Below are positions 42,058 through 51,408 of a DNA stretch of 64,000 nucleotides, piece by piece. The position numbers were made by a program, and so were the translations under genes. Location: positions 228,250 through 292,249 of the forward strand of contig CAWBYV010000008.1 of NCBI GenBank assembly GCA_963793115.1, written 5' to 3'. Position 1 is the first letter of the stretch, and every line of letters begins with the position of its first letter. This stretch comes from an uncultured delta proteobacterium (GTDB taxonomy: Bacteria; Desulfobacterota; Binatia; Binatales; Binataceae). A model generated the notes under the pieces. It worked only from the letters and a program-made list of their open reading frames with translations. It had not been told where the DNA came from and searched no databases.

Positions 42058-42326
42058 TCTTCGACGATCTCACGGCCCACGTCCGGTCCCCAATCGAAGG
42101 CCCCGGCATAGGCCGCCCGCCACTGCTTAGGGCTCTTGCCCGCGAACAGCTCGTCCAAAGTGAAATGCGGAACGCTGCGTCGGATCACGATCTCCCCGTC
42201 ATGAGTCTCAATCTCGACACGCTCGCCGGCGCTAAGCGCGGCGGCCCTCACGGTCTCGCCCGGCAACCGGATCGCGAGATTTCTTCCCCATTTCCCGACT
42301 ATAGCTTGACGCACAGTGTCTCCCAT
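42054..42326 (-). CDS. mazE: type II antitoxin, MazE/AbrB-type swapped-hairpin family
   Basis: 90 aa. KWGRNLAIRLPGE..GERVEIETHDGEIVI matches the SpoVT/AbrB/MazE fold pattern. 4-nt overlap with mazF. Confidence 0.75.
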   Translation of the reverse strand: MGDTVRQAIVGKWGRNLAIRLPGETVRAAALSAGERVEIETHDGEIVIRRSVPHFTLDELFAGKSPKQWRAAYAGAFDWGPDVGREIVEE

Positions 42327-42386
42327 CGTGGGATATTCCTAGCATATCCCGTCGTGACGGGTCAAAATGGCGCGCGCGGAATTAGC

Positions 42387-42404
42387 CTGGAGCGGGTGAA
42401 CGGT
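42387..42404. repeat. 18-bp direct repeat CTGGAGCGGGTGAACGGT (copy 2)
   Basis: See copy 1. Lies roughly 60 bp upstream of the mazE start. Confidence 0.7.
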
Positions 42405-42793
42405 GTTTGGCAAGCTCTGCTTCTGGACCTTGGAATGGAACGAAGGGCCCCTTATTCTCGCGAGATTAGGGGCTGTTTTCAGGTCCGGGCGGGCAATCCC
42501 CCATTCCCATCTCTCAGCCATCTCTCATGTGCCAACCGATTTAAGGCTGTCTGAGACGGCTCTCGCCGGCCGTTGATTCTCCCCCGGCTTCGGCCGTTTC
42601 CGGGCCGTTCCGCCCTGATCCGGGCTCGGCTGCGGTCATCCATCGACACGGGGGACCGGGCTCGGCTGCGGCCGGGCTTCCCGGATCGGGACCCTTCAAA
42701 GGCCACTGGCGACCGAAGTCATCCGCTGACAGAATTAGATCGACGATCAAACTGGAGGCACCGGGTTGGACTGGCGGTTCTGACAAAGGACCC

Positions 42794-42998
42794 TATGACG
42801 GGCAGCTATGACAAGCAGTTTGAGGCTGCGGAGCACTACCTCAAATGCGACCGTTGCTCACGCCTATTTCGTGCTGCAGTAGAAGAATCCCTCAACCCCG
42901 TATTCGCACAATCAAATGGCCCACTTGGCCCGCTACGTTTTGACGAAGTTCTGCTGGACGAGTTTCGCAAGTGTCCCAATTGGCCATCGGGGCTTTAG
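42794..42998 (+). CDS. hypothetical small Cys-containing protein (possibly the N-terminal part of the next ORF)
   Basis: AAAGGA RBS 4 nt before the ATG. 68 aa with KCDRC and KCPNW. Lower GC than flanks. Confidence 0.3.
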
Positions 42999-43441
42999 AC
43001 CGGATTCCCACGGCAGAGGAGTTCGCCGCATTTGATGGCGAACACTGCCGAACCTTGTGGACGACTTGTGCTGCTGATTGGCGGTGCCCCGGCTGCAACC
43101 GGACGAGATTTGAGCTTCTCAGATGGACTAAAAAAATCTGGTATCCGGGCATTGGACCGGATCGGACCAAGCCTTATTGGGGTTGGAAGGCGGCACTCCA
43201 CCGGCACCATGATCACGCGCGCCCGGCGAGATTTGACGAGACCGTCGTCTGTGACCAATGTAATTCTCTCGACGCCATAGTGAAGCGGTACTTCGGCGGG
43301 ATTCGGCCCGAGTTTTCATACTCGCCGGACGAGATTCGCCAAATCGTTTCACCCGCACCGCATCGTAGCCACAAAGTTGACTTTCAGAAGGCGAGGCGCA
43401 TCTACAACGGGTGGCTGGAGTCGAAAAGAGTCCATCGGTGA
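42971..43441 (+). CDS. hypothetical Cys/His-rich (zinc-binding?) protein
   Basis: 156 aa, GTG start. WRCPGCNRT .. HRHHDH .. CDQCN pattern suggests a metal-binding His-Me-finger-like or zinc-ribbon module. Lower GC (mid-50s %). Confidence 0.35.
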   Translation: MSQLAIGALDRIPTAEEFAAFDGEHCRTLWTTCAADWRCPGCNRTRFELLRWTKKIWYPGIGPDRTKPYWGWKAALHRHHDHARPARFDETVVCDQCNSLDAIVKRYFGGIRPEFSYSPDEIRQIVSPAPHRSHKVDFQKARRIYNGWLESKRVHR

Positions 43442-43533
43442 GAGATGTATCTTTGACCGACCCGTCGAGAGGCGAGACGAGATGTATTTTGGCTTCGAAT
43501 CTTCAGTCGCGAGGTTTCACGGTACCGACATTT

Positions 43534-43839
43534 CTACTTCCCCTTGAGGCGCGGATCGTCGGTCGCGATGCAGGCTGCACTCGTGAGGTCGTTCAGCCGT
43601 TGTTCCGCGCCTTTTGCATGGCGGTCTACGGCCTCTCCCCCTTGCTGGATCAGCTCATCAACTCTTTTCTTGCAATCGTTGGCAGTGTCGAAGCTACCGA
43701 GGAGCGTCCACTCAGAAACAGGAGTGCTTAGGTCAACATCCATTTCATGCGTTTGATGATCATACGGCATTGGCGGAACCATCAGATACCAACCCGTGAG
43801 CGCGAGCGCGGCGGCGTGGCGCAGCTTCACTTTAACCAT
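43534..43839 (-). CDS. hypothetical secreted protein
   Basis: AGGAG RBS before ATG 43839. Signal peptide MVKVKLRHAAALALTGWYLMVPP. 101 aa. Low GC. Confidence 0.35.
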   Translation of the reverse strand: MVKVKLRHAAALALTGWYLMVPPMPYDHQTHEMDVDLSTPVSEWTLLGSFDTANDCKKRVDELIQQGGEAVDRHAKGAEQRLNDLTSAACIATDDPRLKGK

Positions 43840-44002
43840 CTCCTGCCCTCGATCCTGCCCCATCACCGCGCCCAAAGGAAAGAGCGGCCGACGATTTGTA
43901 GAGGGTCCCCCGGCCCCACGCGCCAGCAAAGGGGGGCGAAGCCAGCACGTCCTCGTCGTAGTGAGGGATGTGGCCTAACGGGCGTTGGGGTTGATTTCAG
44001 TT

Positions 44003-44758
44003 TCACCAATCGATCGTCAAGATCTGTGAACGGTGCCCACCCATATCTTCGTACATTTGGCGGTTGTGAAAGTTCAGTTGGCATTGACCCAAGTCTTCGC
44101 CCTCAATAGAGAGCCCGGTGAGTGGTGTGGGAGGGCCCTCAGGTTCTAGGAAAAGCAGGAACCAAAATCCACGGAAGGAGAACAACCCACCCTCAATGTG
44201 CTTGCCGTGCCTATTAATAATAAGAGGGGCAAACCCGACAGCATCTGAAGAATATCCCGTCATCCCTACGCGGACGATGGAATACAGACCTGCCCGATCC
44301 CCAAACCGCCCCAGTCCGTACGCGGTTTGAACGAGTCGGTCTGTTGGCCGACCAGGAACGTTGGAGTTACGCCCGATCGGGTAGATTTGATGGCAGCAAA
44401 GGTTGATCAGAGTCTTGAGGAACCAACGTTCCAAGCCAAGGCCATCTATCCTTCGCCTGGCGACCCTCCAGCGCCTCGGCTTCATTCGCCCACGCACATT
44501 TGACAGCCGTCCAATCTCTCTGAGCACGGAAAACGCTTCCGCGCCTGCCCTGTCCACGCAAGATAAGGCTTCGTTGTGATGCTTACAAAGAACCTTCGCC
44601 GTGAGGGCGGCGAGCCCGATCTCTTTCGCAGAGTCCTTACACCACGAGAATCCTTGCACGCGCACTGTATCAGTGATGAAGAGCGCGCCGGATACAAGGT
44701 GTTCTCTCGACAGCTTCTGGCTGCAATCTCCAAGACATGCCGCCCAGCACGCTCCCAT
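44003..44758 (-). CDS. HNH (His-Me finger) nuclease-domain protein with uncharacterised C-terminal domain
   Basis: ATG at 44758 gives MGACWAACLGDCSQKLSREHLVSGALF..KVLCKHHNEALSC: CxxxC..EH..(N)..LCxHHN resembles the HNH motif. Roughly 170-aa C-terminal region has no similarity I can assign. Lower GC than the genome. Confidence 0.45.
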   Translation of the reverse strand: MGACWAACLGDCSQKLSREHLVSGALFITDTVRVQGFSWCKDSAKEIGLAALTAKVLCKHHNEALSCVDRAGAEAFSVLREIGRLSNVRGRMKPRRWRVARRRIDGLGLERWFLKTLINLCCHQIYPIGRNSNVPGRPTDRLVQTAYGLGRFGDRAGLYSIVRVGMTGYSSDAVGFAPLIINRHGKHIEGGLFSFRGFWFLLFLEPEGPPTPLTGLSIEGEDLGQCQLNFHNRQMYEDMGGHRSQILTIDW

Positions 44759-44759
44759 A

Positions 44760-45083
44760 CTAATCTCTCTCGACGGAGACCTCCGCCGGTGTCGTGCCTC
44801 TCGATCCGGTGAGTGGGTTGTGCGCCGACTCTTGTCCGCGCAGCTGCCGGCCATAGTGCCCAAAACCTCCCGCCCCGATCCTCGTTGCCTTCCCGCGTTC
44901 TAACTCCGCCGCGCCCGATGGCGCTCGGCCCGAGCCAGAGACCGTGTCGCAGTCGCGACGGAGACAGTTCTCCCACGGAGTCTCTTTTTCCAGCAATTCG
45001 CGGAAGTCCGGGCTTTGCTCGATTAGCTGATCGATCAGATCGTCGCCCTCTTCCAGAGGAACCGTGTGCTTCTCACGTTTCAT
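44760..45083 (-). CDS. hypothetical small protein (partner ORF upstream of the HNH gene)
   Basis: 107-aa ORF. First roughly 45 aa (MKREKHTVPLEEGDDLIDQLIEQSPDFRELLEKETPWENCLRRDC) are lower-GC and protein-like. Stop TAG overlaps the downstream ATG as TAGTATG. Confidence 0.3.
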   Translation of the reverse strand: MKREKHTVPLEEGDDLIDQLIEQSPDFRELLEKETPWENCLRRDCDTVSGSGRAPSGAAELERGKATRIGAGGFGHYGRQLRGQESAHNPLTGSRGTTPAEVSVERD

Positions 45084-45092
45084 CGCTTGGCC

Positions 45093-45749
45093 TCATCGCT
45101 TCGCCGGTTGGCGAAAGGTCCAGAAGCGGACGCCGGTCGCGCCTGCGGCTTGGCCATCGATGATCAGCTCGAAGCCGTGGCGGCGATAGAAGGCGACATT
45201 GCGTGGATTTTCGGTCTCCACGTAACACGGCACGCCTTCGCGACGCGCCCGCTCCAGCATCGGCGCGATCAGTTCGCCGCCCAATCCGCGCCCCTGGAGC
45301 GCCGGTTCCACGCCCAGCAGAAGCAGATACCAGTACGGCTCCGTCATGTCGCGTTCGCGCGCCTGCGCCTCAAGCCCGACCACTTCGCGAAATCTTGCGA
45401 TCGCGTCTGCGCCGATGACGCTGGAAAGCTCATGGAGGCCCGCCGCCTGCACCCGTTCGCGCGTCCATTGAACGCCCGGCGGCAGCCAGAGCGCGACTGC
45501 TTCCATCGCGCCCGCGGTCGTATAAACCTCGCCGGCAAGCACGCCGAAGCGCAGCATCCGGATATAGAATTCCGGCAGCATTCGCGCGCGCTCGGCCGCG
45601 TCCGAGATGGCGTAGGCCATCAGCGGATCGTTCTGGAAAGCCCGTCCTAGTATCGCCGCCGCATCCCCGACCTGCGCTTCGCGTACGATTTCGCTTTGCC
45701 GTTTCACTCGATGTGTCTCTGCGAAGCAGTCTATCCGATCGGTTATCAA
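45093..45749 (-). CDS. GNAT-family N-acetyltransferase
   Basis: 218 aa. Acetyl-CoA binding motif (LLLGVEPALQGRGLGGELI) and C-terminal YRRHGFE. Confidence 0.75.
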   Translation of the reverse strand: MITDRIDCFAETHRVKRQSEIVREAQVGDAAAILGRAFQNDPLMAYAISDAAERARMLPEFYIRMLRFGVLAGEVYTTAGAMEAVALWLPPGVQWTRERVQAAGLHELSSVIGADAIARFREVVGLEAQARERDMTEPYWYLLLLGVEPALQGRGLGGELIAPMLERARREGVPCYVETENPRNVAFYRRHGFELIIDGQAAGATGVRFWTFRQPAKR

Positions 45750-45854
45750 CGCCGCGAGTTCCGGGGCGGGCGGTTGTGGCGGCCGGGGCGCCTATGTAAG
45801 GACATATTGACTGCGAGTTGACTGCGAGTTTCCGCCAAAGCATCAGGTGCCGAC

Positions 45855-46781
45855 ATGGATTGCTCCGCTCTTATCCATACTTACTCAATCGTGGCGCGCG
45901 ATCCCGAAACCGGAGAGCTGGGCGTCGCCGTGCAATCCCATTACTTCGCCGTCGGCTCAGTCGTTCCGTGGGTCGAGGCCAACGTCGGCGCGGTCGCCAC
46001 GCAGGCGATGGGAGAGCCGGGCTACGGCAGGCGCGGGCTCGATCTGATGCGCGCGGGAAAGAGCGCGCCCGAGGCTCTCGCGCAGTTGCTCGCGGACGAT
46101 ACGGCGCGCGAGACGCGGCAGGTCGCGATGATCGATTCGGCGGGGCGCGTCGGCGTCCATACCGGCGCGGCTACGGTCGAGTCGGCCGGCCATATCGTTG
46201 GCGGCAACTTCTCGGTGCAGGGCAACATGCTGCTCAACGGGAATGTGTGGCCTGCGATGGCGGATGCGTTCGCGCGAACGGCCGGCGATCTCGCGGCGCG
46301 GATGCTGGCGGCGCTCGACGCGGCCGAAGCCGCCGGCGGCGATATCCGCGGCCGGCAATCGGCGGCGCTGGTCGTCGCGAGCGCAAAACCCGGCGCGCCG
46401 AGCTGGGACAAGACCTTCGATCTCAGGGTTGACGACAGCCCCGAGCCGCTCGTGGAGCTGCGCCGGCTCCTCGGCATGGGGCGCGAGATGGTCCGTTTCG
46501 CCGCGGCCAGCGCGGCCGCATCGCGCGGTGATTTCGCCGCCGCGGCCGCCGAGCTCGCGGCGGCGGGACGGGACGCACCCGAGACCGTGGAGAATATGTA
46601 CTGGCGGGCGATTCTGATGGCCGTGATGGGCCGCGTAGACGAGTCCATTCCGCTGTTCCGCCAGGTCTTCGCGCACAATCGCAACTGGGCAACGCTGACC
46701 CGGCGCCTGCCCAAGTCCGGGCTCTTTCCGGTCGATCAGCGCTTGCTCGACCGGATCCTCAGAGACTCGGAGGCGAAATAA
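45855..46781 (+). CDS. DUF1028-family (Ntn-hydrolase-like) protein
   Basis: N-terminus TYSIVARDPETGELGVAVQS is the DUF1028 signature. 308 aa. Confidence 0.7.
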   Translation: MDCSALIHTYSIVARDPETGELGVAVQSHYFAVGSVVPWVEANVGAVATQAMGEPGYGRRGLDLMRAGKSAPEALAQLLADDTARETRQVAMIDSAGRVGVHTGAATVESAGHIVGGNFSVQGNMLLNGNVWPAMADAFARTAGDLAARMLAALDAAEAAGGDIRGRQSAALVVASAKPGAPSWDKTFDLRVDDSPEPLVELRRLLGMGREMVRFAAASAAASRGDFAAAAAELAAAGRDAPETVENMYWRAILMAVMGRVDESIPLFRQVFAHNRNWATLTRRLPKSGLFPVDQRLLDRILRDSEAK

Positions 46782-46896
46782 TCCGCACGGCGCGTTGCGA
46801 GTGCAACGCGCGTCATTTGCCCGATTCGCATGATCGGGTAGTCTGATCGAAGTACGCCACTTCCCACCGGAGAAGCTCGCCGGAGAGGCTCTAACG

Positions 46897-47928
46897 ATGC
46901 CTGACCCTGATGGCGCATCCCCTAACGGCTCGCGCGTTGAATACGAGCTGCAACTCTACTACTGGCTGAAGCTGATCCGCTCGTTCGAAGATCGCGTCTC
47001 GAGGCTCCATCGGCAGAACAAGATTGTGGGCGGCGTTTACTCGGGCGCCGGACAGGAGGCGATCGTCACGGGAATCTGCGCGCCGCTTCGCGACGGCGAT
47101 TTCGTCGCGCCACTCCATCGCGACCTTGGCGTCTTCCTGATCCGCGGCGTCGAGCCGGGCCGGCTGATGGCTCAACTGATGGGCAAGGAGACCGGCCTGT
47201 CGCGCGGCAAGGACTCGTTCCTGCACGGCGGCGACCTGGAGCACGGCATCTTCGGCTCGACCTCGATGCTCGGCGCGTCATTGCCGGTCGCGGTCGGCGC
47301 GGCGCTCAAGTTCCAGATCAAGCAGGAGAAGCACGTCGCGGTGGCGTTCTTCGGCGAGGGAGCGGCCTCGCGCGGCGACACGCACGAGGCGATGAACTTC
47401 GCCGGCGTGCGCAAGCTGCCGGTGATCTTCGTCTGCGAGAATAATCGCTACGCCTACTCGACGCCGCTGGAAAAGCAGATGGCGATCGAGGACGTTGCCG
47501 AGCGGGCCGCCGCGTACGGATTCAAGGGGCATATCTGCTCGGGCAACGATCTGCTGGCGGTGCTGGAGCCAGCGAGCGCGTGATCGGGCAGGTGCGCGAG
47601 GGGGACGGGCCCGCGCTGATCGAATGCAAGACCTACCGCTACCGCGGGCACAGCGAGCATGATCCGGCGCTCTACCGCGAGAAAGAGGAATTGCTCCAAT
47701 GGGAGAGCCGCGACCCGATTCCGCAGTTCGAGTTCTACCTGGAAAAGAAGGGCCACGAGATGGCTCCGCTGCGCGAGCAGATCGACGAGCGCGTGCGCCA
47801 GGTCGATCCAGCAGGCGGTCGATTTCGCCGAGCAGAGCCCGTTTCCCGAACCTAAAGAAGCACTTGAAGATCTGTACGCAACCCCGGTCGGCCCCGGAGC
47901 CGCCAGGAACAGCCCGGTCAGGAACTAG
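46897..47928 (+). CDS. 2-oxoacid dehydrogenase E1 component alpha subunit (TPP-binding) (frame breaks near 47570 and 47800)
   Basis: ORF 46897..47583 has the TPP motif region (FFGEGAASRGDTHEAMNFAGVRKLPVIFVCENNRYAYSTP). Continuation ..GPALIECKTYRYRGHSEHD.. in ORF 47580..47855. C-terminus in a third frame. Confidence 0.75.
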
Positions 47929-47952
47929 AGAGCAATCGAGCCGATGGAAGCG

Positions 47953-48927
47953 ACTTATCTCAAGGCGATCAATCAGGCGCTGCACGAAGAGATGCGGCGC
48001 GACGAGAACGTCTTGGTGATGGGCGAGGACGTCGCCGAACTCGGCGGCGCGTTCAAGGTCACCGAGGGCCTGCTGGAAGCGTTCGGCGAGACCGCGTGAT
48101 CGATACGCCGATCTCGGAGACGCTGATCGTCGGCGCCGGCGTCGGCGCGGCGGTGATGGGGATGCGGCCGGTGGTCGAGATGCAGTTCGGCGATTTCATC
48201 TCGTGCGCCTTCGATCAGATCGTCAACATCGCCGCGACGCTGCGCTATCGGCACGGCGGCGCGGCGCGTCGTGCCCGATGGTAGTTCGTGCGCCGTCGGG
48301 CGCCGGCGTTCATGGCGCGATGTTTCATTCGCAGAATCCCGAGGCCTGGTTCACGCGGGTGCCGGGCCTGAAGGTGGTCGCGCCGGCCACCGCCTACGAC
48401 GCCAAGGGGCTGCTCAAGAGCGCGATCCGCGACGACGACCCGGTGATCTACTTCGAGCACAAGCGGCTCTACCGCAGTATCAAGGAGGACATGCCCGAAG
48501 GCGAATTCACCGTGCCGATCGGGGTGCGCCGAAGTCAGGCGCGAAGGGCGCGACCTGTCGATAATCACCTACGGCGGCACGCTTCATCAGTCGCTCGACG
48601 CGGCCCGGATCGTCGAGAAGGAGGACGGCGCTCTCGGTCGAAGTGCTCGACCTGCGCACGCTGCTGCCGCTCGATCGCGAGGCGATTCTCGCCACGGCGC
48701 GCAAAACCGGCAAGGTGTTGATCGTGCACGAAGATCGCCTGACCGGCGGGATCGGCGGCGAGGTCGCGGCGATAATCGCAGAGCATGCCTTCGAGTTCCT
48801 CGACGGGCCGGTGCGCCGGCTCGCGGCGGCGGACACGCACAACGCGTTCAGCCCGCCGCTCGAGGAATTCATCCTGCCCAACACCAACAAGATCGTCGAT
48901 GCGGTCCGCAGCCTGGCCGCGTACTGA
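47953..48927 (+). CDS. 2-oxoacid dehydrogenase E1 component beta subunit (multiple frame breaks)
   Basis: ATG 47953 ([30 protein letters not shown]..). Pieces in ORFs 48096..48284 (VIDTPISE..), 48203..48721 and 48643..48927 (..[22 protein letters not shown]..) are colinear with the transketolase-like E1 beta. Confidence 0.75.
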
Positions 48928-48928
48928 G

Positions 48929-50291
48929 ATGGCGCTCGAAGTGTCATGCCCCAGATGGGCGAGAGCGTGGTCGAGGGTACCGTCGCCAAGTGGCTGGTGC
49001 AAGGGGCGACCGCGTCGAGGAAGATCAGCCGCTCGCTGAAATCTCGACCGACAAGGTCGATACCGAAATTCCGTCGCCGGGCGCCGGCGTGATCGCCAAG
49101 ATCCTGATCGCGCGAGGGCGAGACGGTGCCGGTCGGCGCGCGGCTGGCGGTGATCGAGCGGCGGCCGCGGGGCGGCGCCGACTCGGCCGCCGCGGCCGTA
49201 TCCGCGCCGCCGCCAGCGGCGGCCGCGCAGTCGCCGCCGACGAGGCCGCGGCCGAGGCCGCGCAGCGCCGCGCGGCGGTCCGCCTCCAGCCGCATCGCTG
49301 TGCCGGCGAGTAGCGGCCGCGCGGACCGACGAGGCGGCGAGACGCTACTCGCCGGTGGTGATGCAAGATGGCGGCGGAACACGGGATCGATCTCGCCCGC
49401 GTGCAACGGCACCGGAATCGGCGGACGCGTCACCAACGCGACGTGGAGCGCTACCTGGAATCGCTGCAGCAGCCGGTCCCGTCGCGGCGGCGCGAGGCCG
49501 CCGCGTCGCTGCTCGCCGGCGGTCGCGCATCGCCGTCCGACCGGCAGCGTCGGACGCTTTCAGGCCGCCGATCTACCAGCCACGCGAGGGCGATGTAGTC
49601 GAGCCGTTCACGCGCCGTCGCAAGCTGATCGCCGAGCACATGGTCTTCTCGAAGACCCATGCGCCGCACGTCGGCACGGTCGCCGAGGTCGACATGACGC
49701 GCGTGGCTCGCCTGCGCGAAGCGCATAAGGAGAGTTCCGCGCTAGCGAGGGCTTTGCGCTGACGATTCTGCCGATCGTCGCGGCCGCGACGGTGCGCGCG
49801 CTCAAGGAGTTCCCACGCATGAACGCGTCGGTCGTGGGCGACTCGCTGGTGATCCGCAGAGACGATCAATCTCGGAATCGCGATGGACACGGAAGAAGGG
49901 TTGCTGGTGCCGGTGATCAAGTCGGCCGAAGCGAATGTCGGTGGTTGGCCTCGCGCGCGAGATCGAGAGTCTGCGCCGCAAGGTCGCCGGGAAGCACATT
50001 CACCGCCGACGATCTCGCCGGCGGAAGCTTTACCCTTTCCAATCCGGGACGCGAGGGAAATCGTCTACGGCTTCGCGATCATCAATCAGCCGCAGGTCGG
50101 AATTCTCAGGATGGGCGAGCTCAAAAAACGGCCGGTCGTGGTCGAGATGGACGGCGGGGACGCGCTCGCGATCCGCACGCATGATGTACCTCGCGCTCTC
50201 GTACGACCATCGCGTGATCGACGGCGTGCTCGGGAATCGCTTCCTCTATCGCGTCGCACGGATTCTCGAAGAAGCCGAGTTCGAACTCTGA
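48929..50291 (+). CDS. dihydrolipoamide acyltransferase E2 component (multiple frame breaks)
   Basis: Lipoyl domain ([24 protein letters not shown]), E3-binding domain ([24 protein letters not shown]), and catalytic domain ending ..[28 protein letters not shown].. (DHR motif). Spread over at least 4 frames between 48929 and 50291. Confidence 0.7.
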
Positions 50292-50303
50292 ACGTCGATT
50301 CTT

Positions 50304-51306
50304 ATGAAAGCGATGGCCGTACATATCCCGGCGCCGATCGAGACCAATCCGCTGAGCGCGATCGAAGTCCCCGCGCCGGAGCCGCGCGCCGGCGAAATTC
50401 TGGTCCGCGTTCTTACTTGCGGCGTATGCCGCACCGACCTGCACGTCGCCGAGGGCGATTTGCCGCCGCGGCTACCGTGCGTGATTCCCGGTCACGAAGT
50501 GGTAGGCATGGTCGAGCGATGCGGCGCCGGATGCAAGCGCTTCGAGCCCGGCGATCGGGTCGGAATCGCGTGGCTGCGCGAGACCTGCGGGGCCTGCGTC
50601 TATTGCCTGCGCGGGCGCGAGAATCTGTGCCCGAACGCGCGCTTCACCGGCTACGACCATGACGGCGGCTACGCCGAAGCTGCGGTGGTGCGCGAGGAGT
50701 TTGCCTATGCGATTCCCGACGCGCTCGGCGATGAGGAAGCTGCGCCGCTGCTCTGCGCTGGGATCATCGGCTATCGCGCGATCAAACGCGCCGAGGTCAA
50801 GCCGGGCTCGACCGTCGGACTGTACGGGTTCGGCGGCTCGGCGCATATCGCGATCCAGGTGCTGCGCCATTGGGGATGCCGCGTGTTCGTGATGAGCCGC
50901 GGCGGCAAACATCGCGAGCTTGCCGAGAGCCTCGGCGCGGACTGGGTCGGCGAGGCGCGGAGCGGCCGCCAGCGCCGCTCGACGCGGCGATTTTGTTCGC
51001 GCCAGCCGGCGAGCTCGTCCTGCCCGCGCTGGAAGCGCTCGATCGCGGCGGAGTTCTCGCCATCGCCGGAATCTATCTGAGCCCGATTCCGCAACTCGAC
51101 TACGAGCGCCATCTGTTTTATGAGAAGGAGCTCCGCAGCGTGACCGCGAACACGCGACGTCGACGGCGAGGAGTTCATGAAGATCGCCGGCGAGATTCCG
51201 ATTCGCACCCACACCGCGGCGTTCGGCCTCGGCGAGGCGAATCGTCGCGCTGAACATGCTCAAGCACGACCAGCTCAAAGGCGCCGCCGTGTTGCGGATC
51301 GGATGA
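50304..51306 (+). CDS. zinc-dependent alcohol dehydrogenase (frame breaks near 50960 and 51160)
   Basis: GHEVVG.., Cys cluster [15 protein letters not shown], Rossmann [13 protein letters not shown]-terminus ..[25 protein letters not shown].. in ORF 50870..51253, final residues in a third frame. Confidence 0.7.
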
Positions 51307-51408
51307 CGAACCGGCTTTTACGTCCTACGTCATTTCGAGCGGCTGTGGTTCGGTTCCCGTCAGATTGACCGGCGCGCGCGTCGCTTGCTAACTTCAAATC
51401 GGAGAATC

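Noticed and set aside
42541-42786. Minus-strand 81-aa and plus-strand 141-aa ORFs in the GC-rich spacer with the duplicated CCGGGCTCGGCTGCGG motif
   Set aside because: Pro/Arg/Gly-rich low-complexity translations with no RBS. More likely a structured non-coding spacer. The + ORF is only accepted from the internal ATG at 42794.
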